Made by a program: the position numbers and the translations under genes. The notes beneath the pieces are model-generated. The model had not been told where the DNA came from. It searched no databases and saw only the letters and a program-made list of their open reading frames with translations. From the IMG/VR virus record IMGVR_UViG_3300010391_000058, positions 1 to 64,000 of that record: a DNA stretch of 64,000 bases. The stretch is one strand, 5' to 3'. This document shows, piece by piece, positions 1-9,726 of the stretch. Within the stretch, counting starts at the first letter, position 1. Each line of letters begins with the position of its first letter. Source of the DNA: a virus.

Positions 1-84
1 AAAAAAATGATTGATGCCTTGCCTCCTGAAGTTAAGCGAAGAGTGGAAGAGAAAGCAAGAAACAACTCAAAAAATAGTTATTAA
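1..84 (+). CDS. 3' end of a small phage gene (partial; ...KKMIDALPPEVKRRVEEKARNNSKNSY*)
   Basis: Frame 1 open from window edge to TAA at 82-84, directly before ATG at 86. Confidence 0.45.
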   Translation, partial: KKMIDALPPEVKRRVEEKARNNSKNSY

Positions 85-275
85 TATGTCTGATACTACT
101 ACAAAAGTAAAACTTCCAACTCCGGAAGAGATTACTAAAACGCTGCAACATCATTTAGATAAACTTGTTCCGATTATAAGTGCCGTTGAAGTTGAGTTGG
201 CTACAAAAAGAGATATCCCCGTAGAGCATATTGTTCAATTATACAAACAGCAAAGGGATATGGAAGGAGCAATTC

Positions 276-301
276 GGTAACTATATACCTGTTAGACCAT
301 G
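276..301 (+). repeat. Left terminal inverted repeat GGTAACTATATACCTGTTAGACCATG
   Basis: Exact reverse complement of 4216-4241. Confidence 0.95.
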
Positions 302-330
302 CTTATAAAAGATTTCTTTTAACATAGCAA

Positions 331-525
331 TCAGTCTTCAAAACCCTCTTGGATGAAATCTTCTTCGTTTTGCGCAAAAGTGTCTGATGCGTCTTTCGCA
401 TCATAAGCAGCGTCTTCTATCATTTCTCTATTTGCGTTATCAATATCTTCTTCCATTCCCTTTTGGTCATGCGCTTCATAATCATCGTTAGAAATTACCG
501 GCTTTTTGAATTTTGGTGGTTCCAT
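331..525 (-). CDS. Acidic hypothetical protein (IS passenger)
   Basis: ORF MEPPKFKK..., D/E-rich; co-oriented with 557-859. Confidence 0.5.
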   Translation of the reverse strand: MEPPKFKKPVISNDDYEAHDQKGMEEDIDNANREMIEDAAYDAKDASDTFAQNEEDFIQEGFED

Positions 526-556
526 ATTGGTATTATTTAAAGAATATGACAAACAA

Positions 557-859
557 TCATGGGGAGCTTATTTTTTCAATTTCGATCTTTACAAGATTAA
601 CGAAACCATCTAATGGTGTATTTGCATGAGTAGTAAATTCATGTTTTTCACTACTATTCACTTCCTCGTCTGTTAGTTTTTTCACTGTTGCCAATTTATC
701 AAAACCACGGTCAAAAATCCGCAATAGGTATGTTTCTCCGTCTTTTCCAATTATTTCATCCGTATATAAACTTTTCATTTCCCCTTTAACAGAAGCCTTC
801 ATTATACTGTGAAAGATATTTGATGCTTCTTTAGCTGATTTTTTCTTTGCCTTTGCCAT
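557..859 (-). CDS. Hypothetical protein (IS passenger) with basic N-terminus
   Basis: 100-aa ORF MAKAKKKSAKEASNIFHSIMKASV. Confidence 0.65.
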   Translation of the reverse strand: MAKAKKKSAKEASNIFHSIMKASVKGEMKSLYTDEIIGKDGETYLLRIFDRGFDKLATVKKLTDEEVNSSEKHEFTTHANTPLDGFVNLVKIEIEKISSP

Positions 860-1009
860 GCCACAAATTTACTACTTTTATCTAATGGGAAACCCCCGCA
901 AGGAAAGCCTCTAATGAGAAGGCAACCAATACGGGGTTCACGGCACATATATTGATGCCGTTATTTCCTGTCGCTCGACACGACTTATTTTTAAAGGGCA
1001 TCAAGCCCT

Positions 1010-1939
1010 TTAATTATTTTCGGATTCTTCTTCCTCTATGAACTTTAAAGCTAATTGAGTACCTATTTTGGGGTATGCCCTTTCTATTCCTCTTTTGAAG
1101 ACCTCCCATTGAGTATTGGCTCGCATTAATGCTAATACACCACTAAAATGCTTGTCCAATGCGGGATGTCCTGTTTCTTGAGTAAGCCATTGATGATGCT
1201 TTGCCTGCCTTCTTCCGATTTCTTCAATAACTGGATTCCTTTTTCTTAGCTCTTCCAGTATGCCGGGAGCTAATCTGTCATAAATAAAATCGTTTGTATA
1301 TCTCCCAACAACACCGGGCATTTTCATGGTTGTTTTGTCTAACGGCCACCCTTTTAGTCTGAATAACTCTTCATAAAATTCCATTGGGAAACATCTCGCC
1401 CACGCTGCATATTCTTTCCGAAGATATTTATCTAATATTTTTTGAAGAGCATCTCTTTGCCTTGTCTCTTGGAAACCCGTTGCTTCATCAACTAAGGCAA
1501 TAATTCCAATAGTGGCAAACCCTCTAATTAAGGAGTGTGATCTTTCCGCATATGTCGTTTGTCTCGGTGTTAAGACACCTTTTTTTTCTGCATCAATATA
1601 TACATAGCACACCAAAGGCAATATATCTGCCTTATATCCGTAGGCTTTTTGGCCGCCCACCATTTCAAATTCAATATGTTTGGAAGACTCTATTAATTCG
1701 CTGGAAATAAATTCTTTAAGATTATTTGCTCTTAAAAAGAGTGGCGCTGTGAAGACTGCTGTTTCATCAACAGAAGACTGATCTTCTTTATATTTTGGCT
1801 TACCAGTCCTCCCCAATGCTCTTAAAAACCCTTCACGGCTCAAAACTCTTTCACCTGTGTCCAGGTTGTAGCAGCGGATTTTAAATCCAGCAATATCAAC
1901 AACCCCCTGATGGGTTGCTAAGGGTGTTTTCTTACTCAT
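1010..1939 (-). CDS. P63C domain-containing protein (Mx8 p63 C-terminal / antirepressor-like)
   Basis: Motifs GIIALVDEATGFQ, W.R.FP.EFY, PGVVGRYTN.FIY.RL, KHHQWLT. Confidence 0.88.
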   Translation of the reverse strand: MSKKTPLATHQGVVDIAGFKIRCYNLDTGERVLSREGFLRALGRTGKPKYKEDQSSVDETAVFTAPLFLRANNLKEFISSELIESSKHIEFEMVGGQKAYGYKADILPLVCYVYIDAEKKGVLTPRQTTYAERSHSLIRGFATIGIIALVDEATGFQETRQRDALQKILDKYLRKEYAAWARCFPMEFYEELFRLKGWPLDKTTMKMPGVVGRYTNDFIYDRLAPGILEELRKRNPVIEEIGRRQAKHHQWLTQETGHPALDKHFSGVLALMRANTQWEVFKRGIERAYPKIGTQLALKFIEEEESENN

Positions 1940-2333
1940 TTGATAATTTGTTTTGAATTGCTAATATGAGTTCTTGGTTATCCAAATAACCAGTTTTTAT
2001 TCTCTTAATCATTTTTAAAACCGTGTCTTTCGTAACTCCTAATTCACCTGCCAATGTGCGTAAACTTGCTTCCGTTATCCCTGCTATGGCCAGACAATAA
2101 AACCATTTCCTCAAATCAACCTTACTCCTGTGAAATAGTGTTCTTGCCGTTATACTAAAATTTGTATTGCATTTATTACAACGGTAGCGGCGTCCCTTTT
2201 CAATAGGGGAAGAAAAACTGGTTTTACAATACGGGCAGATTGGGGTATTATTCCACAATATTTTTTCAAGGAATTTTATGGCATCCTCTTCCTTTGGGAA
2301 CTGCTTATATACCTGTTTTAATGTAACTGTCAT
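1932..2333 (-). CDS. IS1595 transposase N-terminal zinc-ribbon/HTH-only protein (no DDE domain)
   Basis: CPYC...C..C zinc ribbon, FS.T..T.F...K..L.KW, ELGVTKDT HTH; ends before the catalytic domain. Confidence 0.8.
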   Translation of the reverse strand: MTVTLKQVYKQFPKEEDAIKFLEKILWNNTPICPYCKTSFSSPIEKGRRYRCNKCNTNFSITARTLFHRSKVDLRKWFYCLAIAGITEASLRTLAGELGVTKDTVLKMIKRIKTGYLDNQELILAIQNKLSNE

Positions 2334-2416
2334 AGTTAAAGATAGGGCAAAGATTAAAAATAAATTTGGACAAACCAAATAAACATTCTACCTTTATCTA
2401 TGACAAACAGAAAACG

Positions 2417-3346
2417 ATGAAAACATTCAAAAGCATATTAGAGTTTCAGAAAGAGTTTAGCACAGAAGAAAAGTGCAGGCAGTATTTAGAGCAACAACGT
2501 TGGAATGGGACACCCGCTTGCCCGTTTTGTGGTTCTATAAATGTTTGCCGTTTCAGTAATGGCAAAATATTCAAGTGCCGGGAAAAGCAATGCAAAAATA
2601 AGTTCAGTGTAACGGTTGGCTCTATTTATGAGAACACTAAAATCCCTTTAGCTAAGTGGTTTTTAGCTACATACATTTTATCTGTGCATAGTAAAGGTAT
2701 CAGCAGTTTGCAGCTTGCTAACTGGCTTGGAGTGACCCAAAAGACAGCATGGCACTTAAACCACCGTATAAGGAAAATGCTCACAGATAACGCCCCTGAA
2801 TTACTGGAAGGCATCGTTGAGGTTGACGAAACTTATGTAGGCGGCAGCTTAAAGAATATACACGCAAGCAAAAAAGAAGGCAAAAAAGGATTAGATAATA
2901 AAACTATGGTATTTGGTGCATTACAACGTCAGGGCAAAGTAAGAGTAAGGGTTATACCTCAAACCAATTTAGAAAATGTTAGTGCAGCGATTGAAGATTT
3001 TGTAGCACTTGACAGCACTATGGTAACAGACGAACATCATGCTTATAACAGGGTGGGTTTAAAATACGATCACAGAAAAGTAAACCACAGAGATAAGGAA
3101 TATGTTCGTAAAGAAGATATACTGGTACATACTAATAATATTGAAGGCTACTGGAATATCCTTAAAAAACAAATTGATGGCATCCATCATTCAGTTAGCC
3201 CAAAACATTTACAACGCTATTGTAATGAATCAGCATTCAGATATAATAGCAGGGCTTTGTTGCAGGATGAGCGTTTTGCTGCTGCGCTGGCTAATTGTAA
3301 CGGTTCATTAAAATATAAAGTATTAACCTCAAACGAAACCGAATGA
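2417..3346 (+). CDS. IS1595-family (ISXO2-like DDE) transposase
   Basis: Zn ribbon CPFCG, VEVDETYVGG, VTDE...Y, VNH...EYV, HTNNIEGYW, H.VS.KHLQRY..E..FRYN. Confidence 0.95.
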   Translation: MKTFKSILEFQKEFSTEEKCRQYLEQQRWNGTPACPFCGSINVCRFSNGKIFKCREKQCKNKFSVTVGSIYENTKIPLAKWFLATYILSVHSKGISSLQLANWLGVTQKTAWHLNHRIRKMLTDNAPELLEGIVEVDETYVGGSLKNIHASKKEGKKGLDNKTMVFGALQRQGKVRVRVIPQTNLENVSAAIEDFVALDSTMVTDEHHAYNRVGLKYDHRKVNHRDKEYVRKEDILVHTNNIEGYWNILKKQIDGIHHSVSPKHLQRYCNESAFRYNSRALLQDERFAAALANCNGSLKYKVLTSNETE

Positions 3347-3552
3347 AAGACGGAATTTATTTAAAAGAGATGGGTAAAAAAATAAAGGCAGCAAGAGAAG
3401 CAAAAGGACTTTACTTGCGGGACTTGGGCAAGCTGTGTAATATTCATTACGGGGCAATTTGTGAAATAGAAGGCGGCAAAAGAAACAGCCATATCCTTAC
3501 TTTGAAAAATATTGCGGATAAATTAGGTGTAGACGTGAAAGACTTTATTTAA
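3343..3552 (+). CDS. XRE-family HTH transcriptional regulator (IS passenger)
   Basis: G.KIK.ARE..GL...L......I.EIE.G.RN....L..IA..LGV pattern. Confidence 0.85.
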   Translation: MKDGIYLKEMGKKIKAAREAKGLYLRDLGKLCNIHYGAICEIEGGKRNSHILTLKNIADKLGVDVKDFI

Positions 3553-3581
3553 AGTTTGTATCTTGTATAAAACCACCTTTT

Positions 3582-4079
3582 ATGCAAGCGTTCCAATCTT
3601 GGGCAGATATTGTAATAATGCTCGTATTAGCAATTGCCTATATAATCACGTTTATAGTTCAAAAAAATCAAATAAAAGCTTTAAAGGAAACATCTAAAGC
3701 TCATGCAGAGCTAACACAATCTCAATCGGTTCACATTGGTACTTATAAAAACCTATTTAAGCCAGAAGAGTTGGAAAGCTTCATTAAAATGAAAGTAGAG
3801 CTAAAGCTTGAAGATTCCAGTAAAATAATAAAAGAAAAAGAGAAAAAGGTACAGGAATCGGAGGAAGAAATTCAAGCTTGGGTAGTATTATATACTGACA
3901 CAGTGTGGGCATTATATGGGGTGTTAAGGAGCTTAGATGGGATGGCCAAGAATGAAACTCGTCTTGAATTTGTTACCCAGTTTTGTCAAAAAAGTAATCT
4001 TACTACGTTAGAGGTATTTAAGTTTTTGGACAAAAAATTTGAAAATGTGTTACCTGAAATAAAAAAAAGCCAGAGTTAA
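3582..4079 (+). CDS. Membrane-anchored coiled-coil hypothetical protein (IS passenger)
   Basis: N-terminal hydrophobic helix then coiled coil; 165 aa. Confidence 0.7.
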   Translation: MQAFQSWADIVIMLVLAIAYIITFIVQKNQIKALKETSKAHAELTQSQSVHIGTYKNLFKPEELESFIKMKVELKLEDSSKIIKEKEKKVQESEEEIQAWVVLYTDTVWALYGVLRSLDGMAKNETRLEFVTQFCQKSNLTTLEVFKFLDKKFENVLPEIKKSQS

Positions 4080-4215
4080 TACACCATTTTTTTAGCTCAT
4101 CATACTCTTCTATTGTCAAAAAAGAACAACCTCTTAAACAACCATATTTAGCATCAAATAAGTCATTTAATATTTTAATAAAAGCGGGTATATCTATTTG
4201 ATTATTTTGGGGGTT

Positions 4216-4241
4216 CATGGTCTAACAGGTATATAGTTACC
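4216..4241 (-). repeat. Right terminal inverted repeat of IS1595 element
   Basis: CATGGTCTAACAGGTATATAGTTACC followed by TSD AGCAATTC. Confidence 0.95.
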
Positions 4242-4395
4242 AGCAATTCAATGGTTAATTAATCTTGAAAAAAGATTTAATCCTTCAAAGATCATTGCAT
4301 TTGGTAAGCCAGGACAGGCTTAATAAAATTCCACTCGTATAAAAAAAGTGTGCCACTTTACGCACAATTGATTTGCCGCAAATTACATTTACGGT

Positions 4396-5655
4396 ATGAT
4401 CTATACCGTTGATGAGAGTGCAGAGGTGCCGATCATGCTCATTGATAAGCATATTGGATACAACGATGAGGACGGTCAGGGTATAGATGGAGCTCTTTTC
4501 CAGAGGGAATTATTGCGGCTTGATAGCATGGGTAAAAAATCCATAGATGTATGGATAAATTCGCCGGGAGGTAATGTTTTTGAAGGGTTCATGATTTTTA
4601 ATGCGATCCTTAATACGAATACTCCGGTTGATACATACAATATCGGGATGGCAGCAAGCATGGCAGGTGTAATCTTCATGGCCGGGAGAAAAAGAAGGAT
4701 GGCCGATTACGCAATGTTCATGACCCACATGCCAGGCAGTAGCCCAGACGATAAGATGCTAAGCGCAATGGCCGATTCCATGGTGATCATGACTTCTGCA
4801 AAAAGCAGCATTGGTGAAGAGGAAATGCGGAAGATGATGAAAAAGGAAACATGGTTGAACGCCCAAGAATGTTTTGCCATGGGGCTTTGTACAGAAGAGC
4901 CGGTTAAAAGCAGTCTTGCTAATAAGAAATGGATGCCGGCAGCAAGTGATAGCCGGGTAATCTGGATAGAAGCAAAGAAAGTCGCAGCAAATGTTTTGAA
5001 TAATAATACTTCTCAATCACAAAATTCTACTAATATGAGTATGACAAAAGTAACCATGAAGTTGGGCCTTGTTGAGGCAGCAACCGAAGATAATATCGTT
5101 GAAGCCATTAAGGTGATAGAAGCGAAAGCTTACACCGCTGAAACGAAAATTATTCAGCTTGAAACTCAGCATGCCACGAAGCTGACTGAAGTTACTAACC
5201 AGGCTACTGCTGAAGTAACAGCGGCCAATGCTAAGGTGACTGATATCACCGCAAAGCTCACTGCTTCTGAAGCAAGGGCTACCACAGCGGAAACAGCCCT
5301 GACAGCAAAAACAGCTGAGTACGATGCAATTAAAGCAAAGTATGATGCAATGGAATTGGAAAAAACCAATGCCGTTGAAGAGGCTAAGAAAGTTGCTGCA
5401 AAATCCATGGTTGACACTCATGTAAGGACAGGCCGGATCAAGAATGAAGCTGCTGTTATCGAAAAGTGGGTTGCCCTTGCAACCGCCGATCTGGATGGAA
5501 CAAAATCAATGATCGAAGCAATTCCGCTGAGTGTAAATGCTCCGGTATTCCAGACAGATATTCCGGCAGCAAATAACCAGGCTGGCTTATCAACAACGGC
5601 AATGCATCTTGCAGTTAAGAACAAAATGAAGAGAGAAGGAAAAGTAGTTGTTTAA
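4396..5655 (+). CDS. clpP: ClpP-type prohead maturation protease fused to coiled-coil scaffold
   Basis: INSPGGNVFEG, AASMA (Ser), FMTH (His), ETWLNAQE; Ala/Thr/Lys-rich coiled coil; directly upstream of capsid gene. Confidence 0.9.
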   Translation: MIYTVDESAEVPIMLIDKHIGYNDEDGQGIDGALFQRELLRLDSMGKKSIDVWINSPGGNVFEGFMIFNAILNTNTPVDTYNIGMAASMAGVIFMAGRKRRMADYAMFMTHMPGSSPDDKMLSAMADSMVIMTSAKSSIGEEEMRKMMKKETWLNAQECFAMGLCTEEPVKSSLANKKWMPAASDSRVIWIEAKKVAANVLNNNTSQSQNSTNMSMTKVTMKLGLVEAATEDNIVEAIKVIEAKAYTAETKIIQLETQHATKLTEVTNQATAEVTAANAKVTDITAKLTASEARATTAETALTAKTAEYDAIKAKYDAMELEKTNAVEEAKKVAAKSMVDTHVRTGRIKNEAAVIEKWVALATADLDGTKSMIEAIPLSVNAPVFQTDIPAANNQAGLSTTAMHLAVKNKMKREGKVVV

Positions 5656-5715
5656 CAAAAAACTTTTTATCCTAAAGGATCAATAATAAAATTTAAAAAC
5701 TAAAAACCCCTTACC

Positions 5716-6726
5716 ATGGCCCTCGTAATATCAGATACCGCTTATGCCGGAACGTTTGCAAGTTATTTCTGGCTGCCCGCCACATTTGGAATGGATACCC
5801 TGCAGAAGGGAGTTGCTTATGTACAGGACGGGATCAAGAAAACACACACCATTGGCCGTGTTGATTTTGCAAACCCACTACAGGCCAGGGTAGCAACGCC
5901 AAGCTCCAGCGGAACATTTACCGTGGATGGCAGATCGCTGTCACCAACTGATATGATGGTTTACACGGAATTCAACCCCCGTGATTTTGAACAACATTGG
6001 CTTGCTGAGCAGCTGAGCCCTACGCTTTTGGCAAGGGAATTACCAGTAACTGCAGAGACCTACATGATGCAGATGGCATTAAACCGTACATTTGAGCAGA
6101 TCGAACTTGGTGTATGGATGGGATCTACCACATATACCGCCGTTGCCGGCGATCCTGGTAATGGACAGTTGAAGTTCTTCGATGGCTTCCTGAAAAAAAT
6201 GGTTGCTGATGCCGCTGTATTGAAAGTAGCAAGCCCGCTGCCTTTGAGCGCCGCTGCCTCCAGTGGATCAGTTTATAATATCGTTGATGCCTTCAATGCA
6301 TTGCTGGCCCTGGCAGCTGCAAATAAGAAAGCATTGCTGAGCAAACCAAGCCGTTATCAGAGGTTGAAGTTCCTGGTATCGGTGAACACAGAACAAATTT
6401 ATCACACCTTCCTTACCACTACCTTGACATTCAAGGGTATTAATACCACCGAACAGGGGATTAACAAGTTCAAAGGATATGAAGTAGTTCCTTTGGCCGG
6501 TATCCCTGATGATACGATCGTATTCACGGAGGCCCTTGATGATACCAGCTCCAATTTATATATCGGTATGAACAGTACTGAAGATAATAACCTGCAGCTG
6601 CAAAGGCTTCAGGCAAACAGTGAGCTTTACTTCCTGAAAGGGTTGATGAAGTACGATGTTCAGTACGGGTTCAGTGAGCAGGTGTTTTTATTCACTACCC
6701 TGGTTGCCGGAGACTTCAGTGTATAA
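5716..6726 (+). CDS. Major capsid protein
   Basis: 336 aa, follows protease; FDG.LK motif and C-terminal beta pattern typical of HK97-fold capsids of Bacteroidota phages. Confidence 0.8.
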   Translation: MALVISDTAYAGTFASYFWLPATFGMDTLQKGVAYVQDGIKKTHTIGRVDFANPLQARVATPSSSGTFTVDGRSLSPTDMMVYTEFNPRDFEQHWLAEQLSPTLLARELPVTAETYMMQMALNRTFEQIELGVWMGSTTYTAVAGDPGNGQLKFFDGFLKKMVADAAVLKVASPLPLSAAASSGSVYNIVDAFNALLALAAANKKALLSKPSRYQRLKFLVSVNTEQIYHTFLTTTLTFKGINTTEQGINKFKGYEVVPLAGIPDDTIVFTEALDDTSSNLYIGMNSTEDNNLQLQRLQANSELYFLKGLMKYDVQYGFSEQVFLFTTLVAGDFSV

Positions 6727-6798
6727 TGGCCCGGTGATCAATTGATAGTTGACAGGTAAAAAATTTATAACGGGCAATAGCCCACAAATGATACCAAT

Positions 6799-7233
6799 AT
6801 GAAAAAGTTCCTTTTCCTCTTTTTGTTTGCCTTGATCGGCATGGCTGTTAATGCTCAGTTCACAACTCCAAGGACGGGTACCGGGGTGAGGTATGATCCC
6901 AGGAATTTGAATTATGAGTATACAGTAAAGACCGATGCGGCCAGTGCTACGATTGACACGTTTGCGGTGTCACCAAGGTCATGGCGAACAATGTACAAGC
7001 TTGTATTGGTTGACAGCGTTTGTGCCGGCAACCCCGTTGTTACCAGATCGTATGTAGGGGATGAAATAACATTTATTATTTCAGCTGCCAGTGGTACCCC
7101 ATTTTTAAGATTTGTCGGGTCAAATTGGATAACGGCAGCAGGAACAGTAACTATGACTACCAACTTACGATCAATAGTCACATTTGTTTTTGATGGGGCT
7201 AAATATGTTGAATCGAAGAGATATACCCAATAG
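6799..7233 (+). CDS. Putative head decoration/structural protein with Sec signal peptide
   Basis: MKKFLFLFLFALIGMAVNA|Q; beta-rich; C-terminal TFVFDGAKY; follows capsid gene. Confidence 0.6.
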   Translation: MKKFLFLFLFALIGMAVNAQFTTPRTGTGVRYDPRNLNYEYTVKTDAASATIDTFAVSPRSWRTMYKLVLVDSVCAGNPVVTRSYVGDEITFIISAASGTPFLRFVGSNWITAAGTVTMTTNLRSIVTFVFDGAKYVESKRYTQ

Positions 7234-7288
7234 AGTTTATATTTTTTAGGTATATCCAAAACGTATTTATCATTTCTCAAAAAGTTCT

Positions 7289-7780
7289 ATGAACACAGAA
7301 AATACCCAAAGCCTTCGGAAGCTGGTCAGTTTTTTGAATTTGAAACCAAGTGTTACCGAAGTTTGGTTGAATAATAAAGGTGATTATCAACTTTCTCAGC
7401 AAAAGGGGTTTGATGAGAAAGTAACACGGGAAGAGGTTTTGGAACATGAAAACGATTTGCCGGCAGAGGAAGTAAAAGAGAATACAGTTGAATCGGCAAA
7501 CGTTGAGCATCTGATGATCACAGTAAACCAGGCAAATGAGGCGCTGGTATCAGAAAAAGGAAAGGTTGCGATCCTGGAAGCTAAATTGGAGGCAGCAGAA
7601 AAGGATCGTGATTCATATAAGGCCCAGGTAGGTGAGTTGATTGAAGGTGAAGATGAAGCGGAATTACAACCAAGGAACGGAACCTGGTTGCAGGAAAGAA
7701 GAGAGAGTGCTGATACAATTGAGGCACTGAAACAAAAAATAGATGAACTGGAAGCGTTGAATGTCAAACAACCTACTTAA
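7289..7780 (+). CDS. Hypothetical coiled-coil protein (head module)
   Basis: 163-aa ORF, acidic coiled coil. Confidence 0.6.
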   Translation: MNTENTQSLRKLVSFLNLKPSVTEVWLNNKGDYQLSQQKGFDEKVTREEVLEHENDLPAEEVKENTVESANVEHLMITVNQANEALVSEKGKVAILEAKLEAAEKDRDSYKAQVGELIEGEDEAELQPRNGTWLQERRESADTIEALKQKIDELEALNVKQPT

Positions 7781-8336
7781 TAGTGTTGTCGGTATAAATG
7801 TTCCGATTCAAGCCTTCCAGGTTTTTTTGTATAAAAAACTAAAAGCTCTTTGGCCGGTTGATGATACCAATTTCGAAGGATATGGCCGGGTATATAGAAA
7901 TTCAAACGACAGGGGGTATGTGCCTGAAGTCTTTGTAAGTTCTACTGAACCCGGAAACACTCAATATAAGGGTGTTGTTTTCGATAAGACCATTTTGAAA
8001 GCCATGTTTTTCTTTAACCAGGAAGATAAGGCAACCTTCAGCGAAGGATCTGAAACGGCAAAAGTCTCTTTGATATTTATAACGAATATTGCCATGCTAA
8101 AAGCGGAGTTTCCGCACAGGGGAGATGAAGAGGTGAGGAATGATGTTCAAAAGCTTTGCAGTATGAATGTTCAGAATTTTATCCTTACCGGAACAGAGAC
8201 AGGATTTAGTAATGTGTTCCGGCAGTTTTCAGGATTAACGAATAAAGACGGTGAGGTATTTGAAGATAGGCACCCGCTGTTTTGTTTTAAATTAAATTTC
8301 GATTTGTTCTATCAACCGACACAAATAAAATGTTAA
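7761..8336 (+). CDS. Putative tail terminator / neck protein
   Basis: Directly before tail tube gene; HRGDEEVR motif; 191 aa. Confidence 0.55.
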   Translation: MSNNLLNSVVGINVPIQAFQVFLYKKLKALWPVDDTNFEGYGRVYRNSNDRGYVPEVFVSSTEPGNTQYKGVVFDKTILKAMFFFNQEDKATFSEGSETAKVSLIFITNIAMLKAEFPHRGDEEVRNDVQKLCSMNVQNFILTGTETGFSNVFRQFSGLTNKDGEVFEDRHPLFCFKLNFDLFYQPTQIKC

Positions 8337-8339
8337 CCT

Positions 8340-9269
8340 ATGGCTCTCGTTAACCCATGTAACCTAGCAGCAACTTCCTCCAATACCGGAGCTGAATGTA
8401 ATAATGCATTGAAAGCTTCTGCACAGATTTGGCTGGTTCCTAAAACCGCTTTTTGGCAGACAGCCGATCTTGCAGATTTCACTGCATTCCTGAATACGAA
8501 GATTCATGCTACAGCTGCCTCCAGGTTCTATCCGATATTTGGTAATTCAGCGCCAATAAGAATTATCACAGACAACCCGGCAGCTGATGTAATTGAAGAG
8601 TTGGAAGATGGTTCAGTACAGTTCATCCGTTACGGAATGTACAACCGTACTTTCCTTACAACTGAAGGAGGTATGGATCTTGCCCGGCACCTGATGGGCC
8701 TTAGCCAGAATTATGCATTTATTGAGACTGATATCATAGGTCAGGTTGGGATGATGAAGAATGCAGATGGCACATATTCAGGCTTTCCGACAAACCTTGC
8801 TTATCCACCGGCTCCGATGCTTGCAAACCTAAAAACCTCTTATAAGAATCAATTCATGCTGTCATTCAGCCCGAATAATTATATCAAAAAAGGGTATGTA
8901 TTCAGCAGTGATGCAGATGAAGATATCCTTTCACTCAGAGGCTTGTATGATACTGAGGTTACACAGGGCAGCGGCGTAAACAGCATAACGAAAATTTATG
9001 TTGATGTTACTACAATTGCCGGTGGAACCGACCTAGTGGCCCTGTATGGTGCTACCCTGGCTGCAGTAGGTAATTTCGTTTTGACCAATGCAAACGGAAC
9101 ACCTAACACACCTTCAGCTGCAGCGGTAGTAAACGGTGAAGTTGAATTTACAGGAACCTTTGCAACCGGTACCAATATTACTGTTGGGCTGGCCGCTCCA
9201 AGCGTACTGAAAGCAGCCGGGATCGTTGGTTATGAAGGAACAAAAACTTTGGCTGCAGCCATCCCATAA
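8340..9269 (+). CDS. Major tail tube protein (with C-terminal Ig-like extension)
   Basis: 309 aa, N-terminal C...NTG..C, synteny before chaperones and tape measure. Confidence 0.65.
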   Translation: MALVNPCNLAATSSNTGAECNNALKASAQIWLVPKTAFWQTADLADFTAFLNTKIHATAASRFYPIFGNSAPIRIITDNPAADVIEELEDGSVQFIRYGMYNRTFLTTEGGMDLARHLMGLSQNYAFIETDIIGQVGMMKNADGTYSGFPTNLAYPPAPMLANLKTSYKNQFMLSFSPNNYIKKGYVFSSDADEDILSLRGLYDTEVTQGSGVNSITKIYVDVTTIAGGTDLVALYGATLAAVGNFVLTNANGTPNTPSAAAVVNGEVEFTGTFATGTNITVGLAAPSVLKAAGIVGYEGTKTLAAAIP

Positions 9270-9282
9270 TAGCTAGTGCTTT

Positions 9283-9657
9283 ATGGCACTTAGTAAAGGA
9301 CAGTTGGAGTTTGTTGATGAAGAGGTAAAGAGGGAATGGCCGGTGCAGTATAAAGAAGCTCAATTCTGCAAAGAGAAAAAGGCACTGTATAAAAAGATAA
9401 GGACAGAGGCCAGGGAGAGGTTGATTAAAGAAATAACAAAAAATAATTCAATGCCGAAAAATATTCATGGGGTAAATGTAGAGTTACAGCATCCCGATAT
9501 CATAAAAGCAAAAAGTATTGCTGACCTGGAGAAACTTGATTTGTTCAGCAGCGTGAATGAAAAGGATCGGAAGGCAGCTTATCAGGAATTGTGGAGTGAG
9601 TTGAACCCCGGAAAGAAACCGGCCGTTGACAAGGAAAAAGACCATGAAGAAAAATAA
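9283..9657 (+). CDS. Hypothetical protein / possible tail assembly chaperone
   Basis: Synteny only. Confidence 0.45.
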   Translation: MALSKGQLEFVDEEVKREWPVQYKEAQFCKEKKALYKKIRTEARERLIKEITKNNSMPKNIHGVNVELQHPDIIKAKSIADLEKLDLFSSVNEKDRKAAYQELWSELNPGKKPAVDKEKDHEEK

Positions 9658-9726
9658 TTGAGACTGATTAAAAATACCTGGAAAGGCAGACGTTGATGAA
9701 TGTCTGCCTTTTGTAATTTAGGGAAT

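Larger units (their letters stand above)
276..4241. mobile_element. IS1595-family insertion element with passenger genes (3,966 bp)
   Basis: Perfect 26-bp TIRs, 8-bp TSD AGCAATTC (268-275, 4242-4249), internal DDE transposase. Confidence 0.95.
86..4323 (+). pseudogene. Small phage gene interrupted by IS1595 element (86-275 joined to 4250-4323)
   Basis: Removing 276-4241 and one TSD copy restores the frame ...DMEGAIQWLINLEKRFNPSKIIAFGKPGQA*. Confidence 0.85.

Noticed and set aside
11-85. ORF-track start at 11
   Set aside because: It overlaps the end of the upstream frame-1 gene; ATG 86 is preferred.
4018-4218. Minus-strand 66-aa ORF at the IS right end
   Set aside because: Its start codon lies within the TIR and it overlaps the 3582-4079 gene; there is no motif support.
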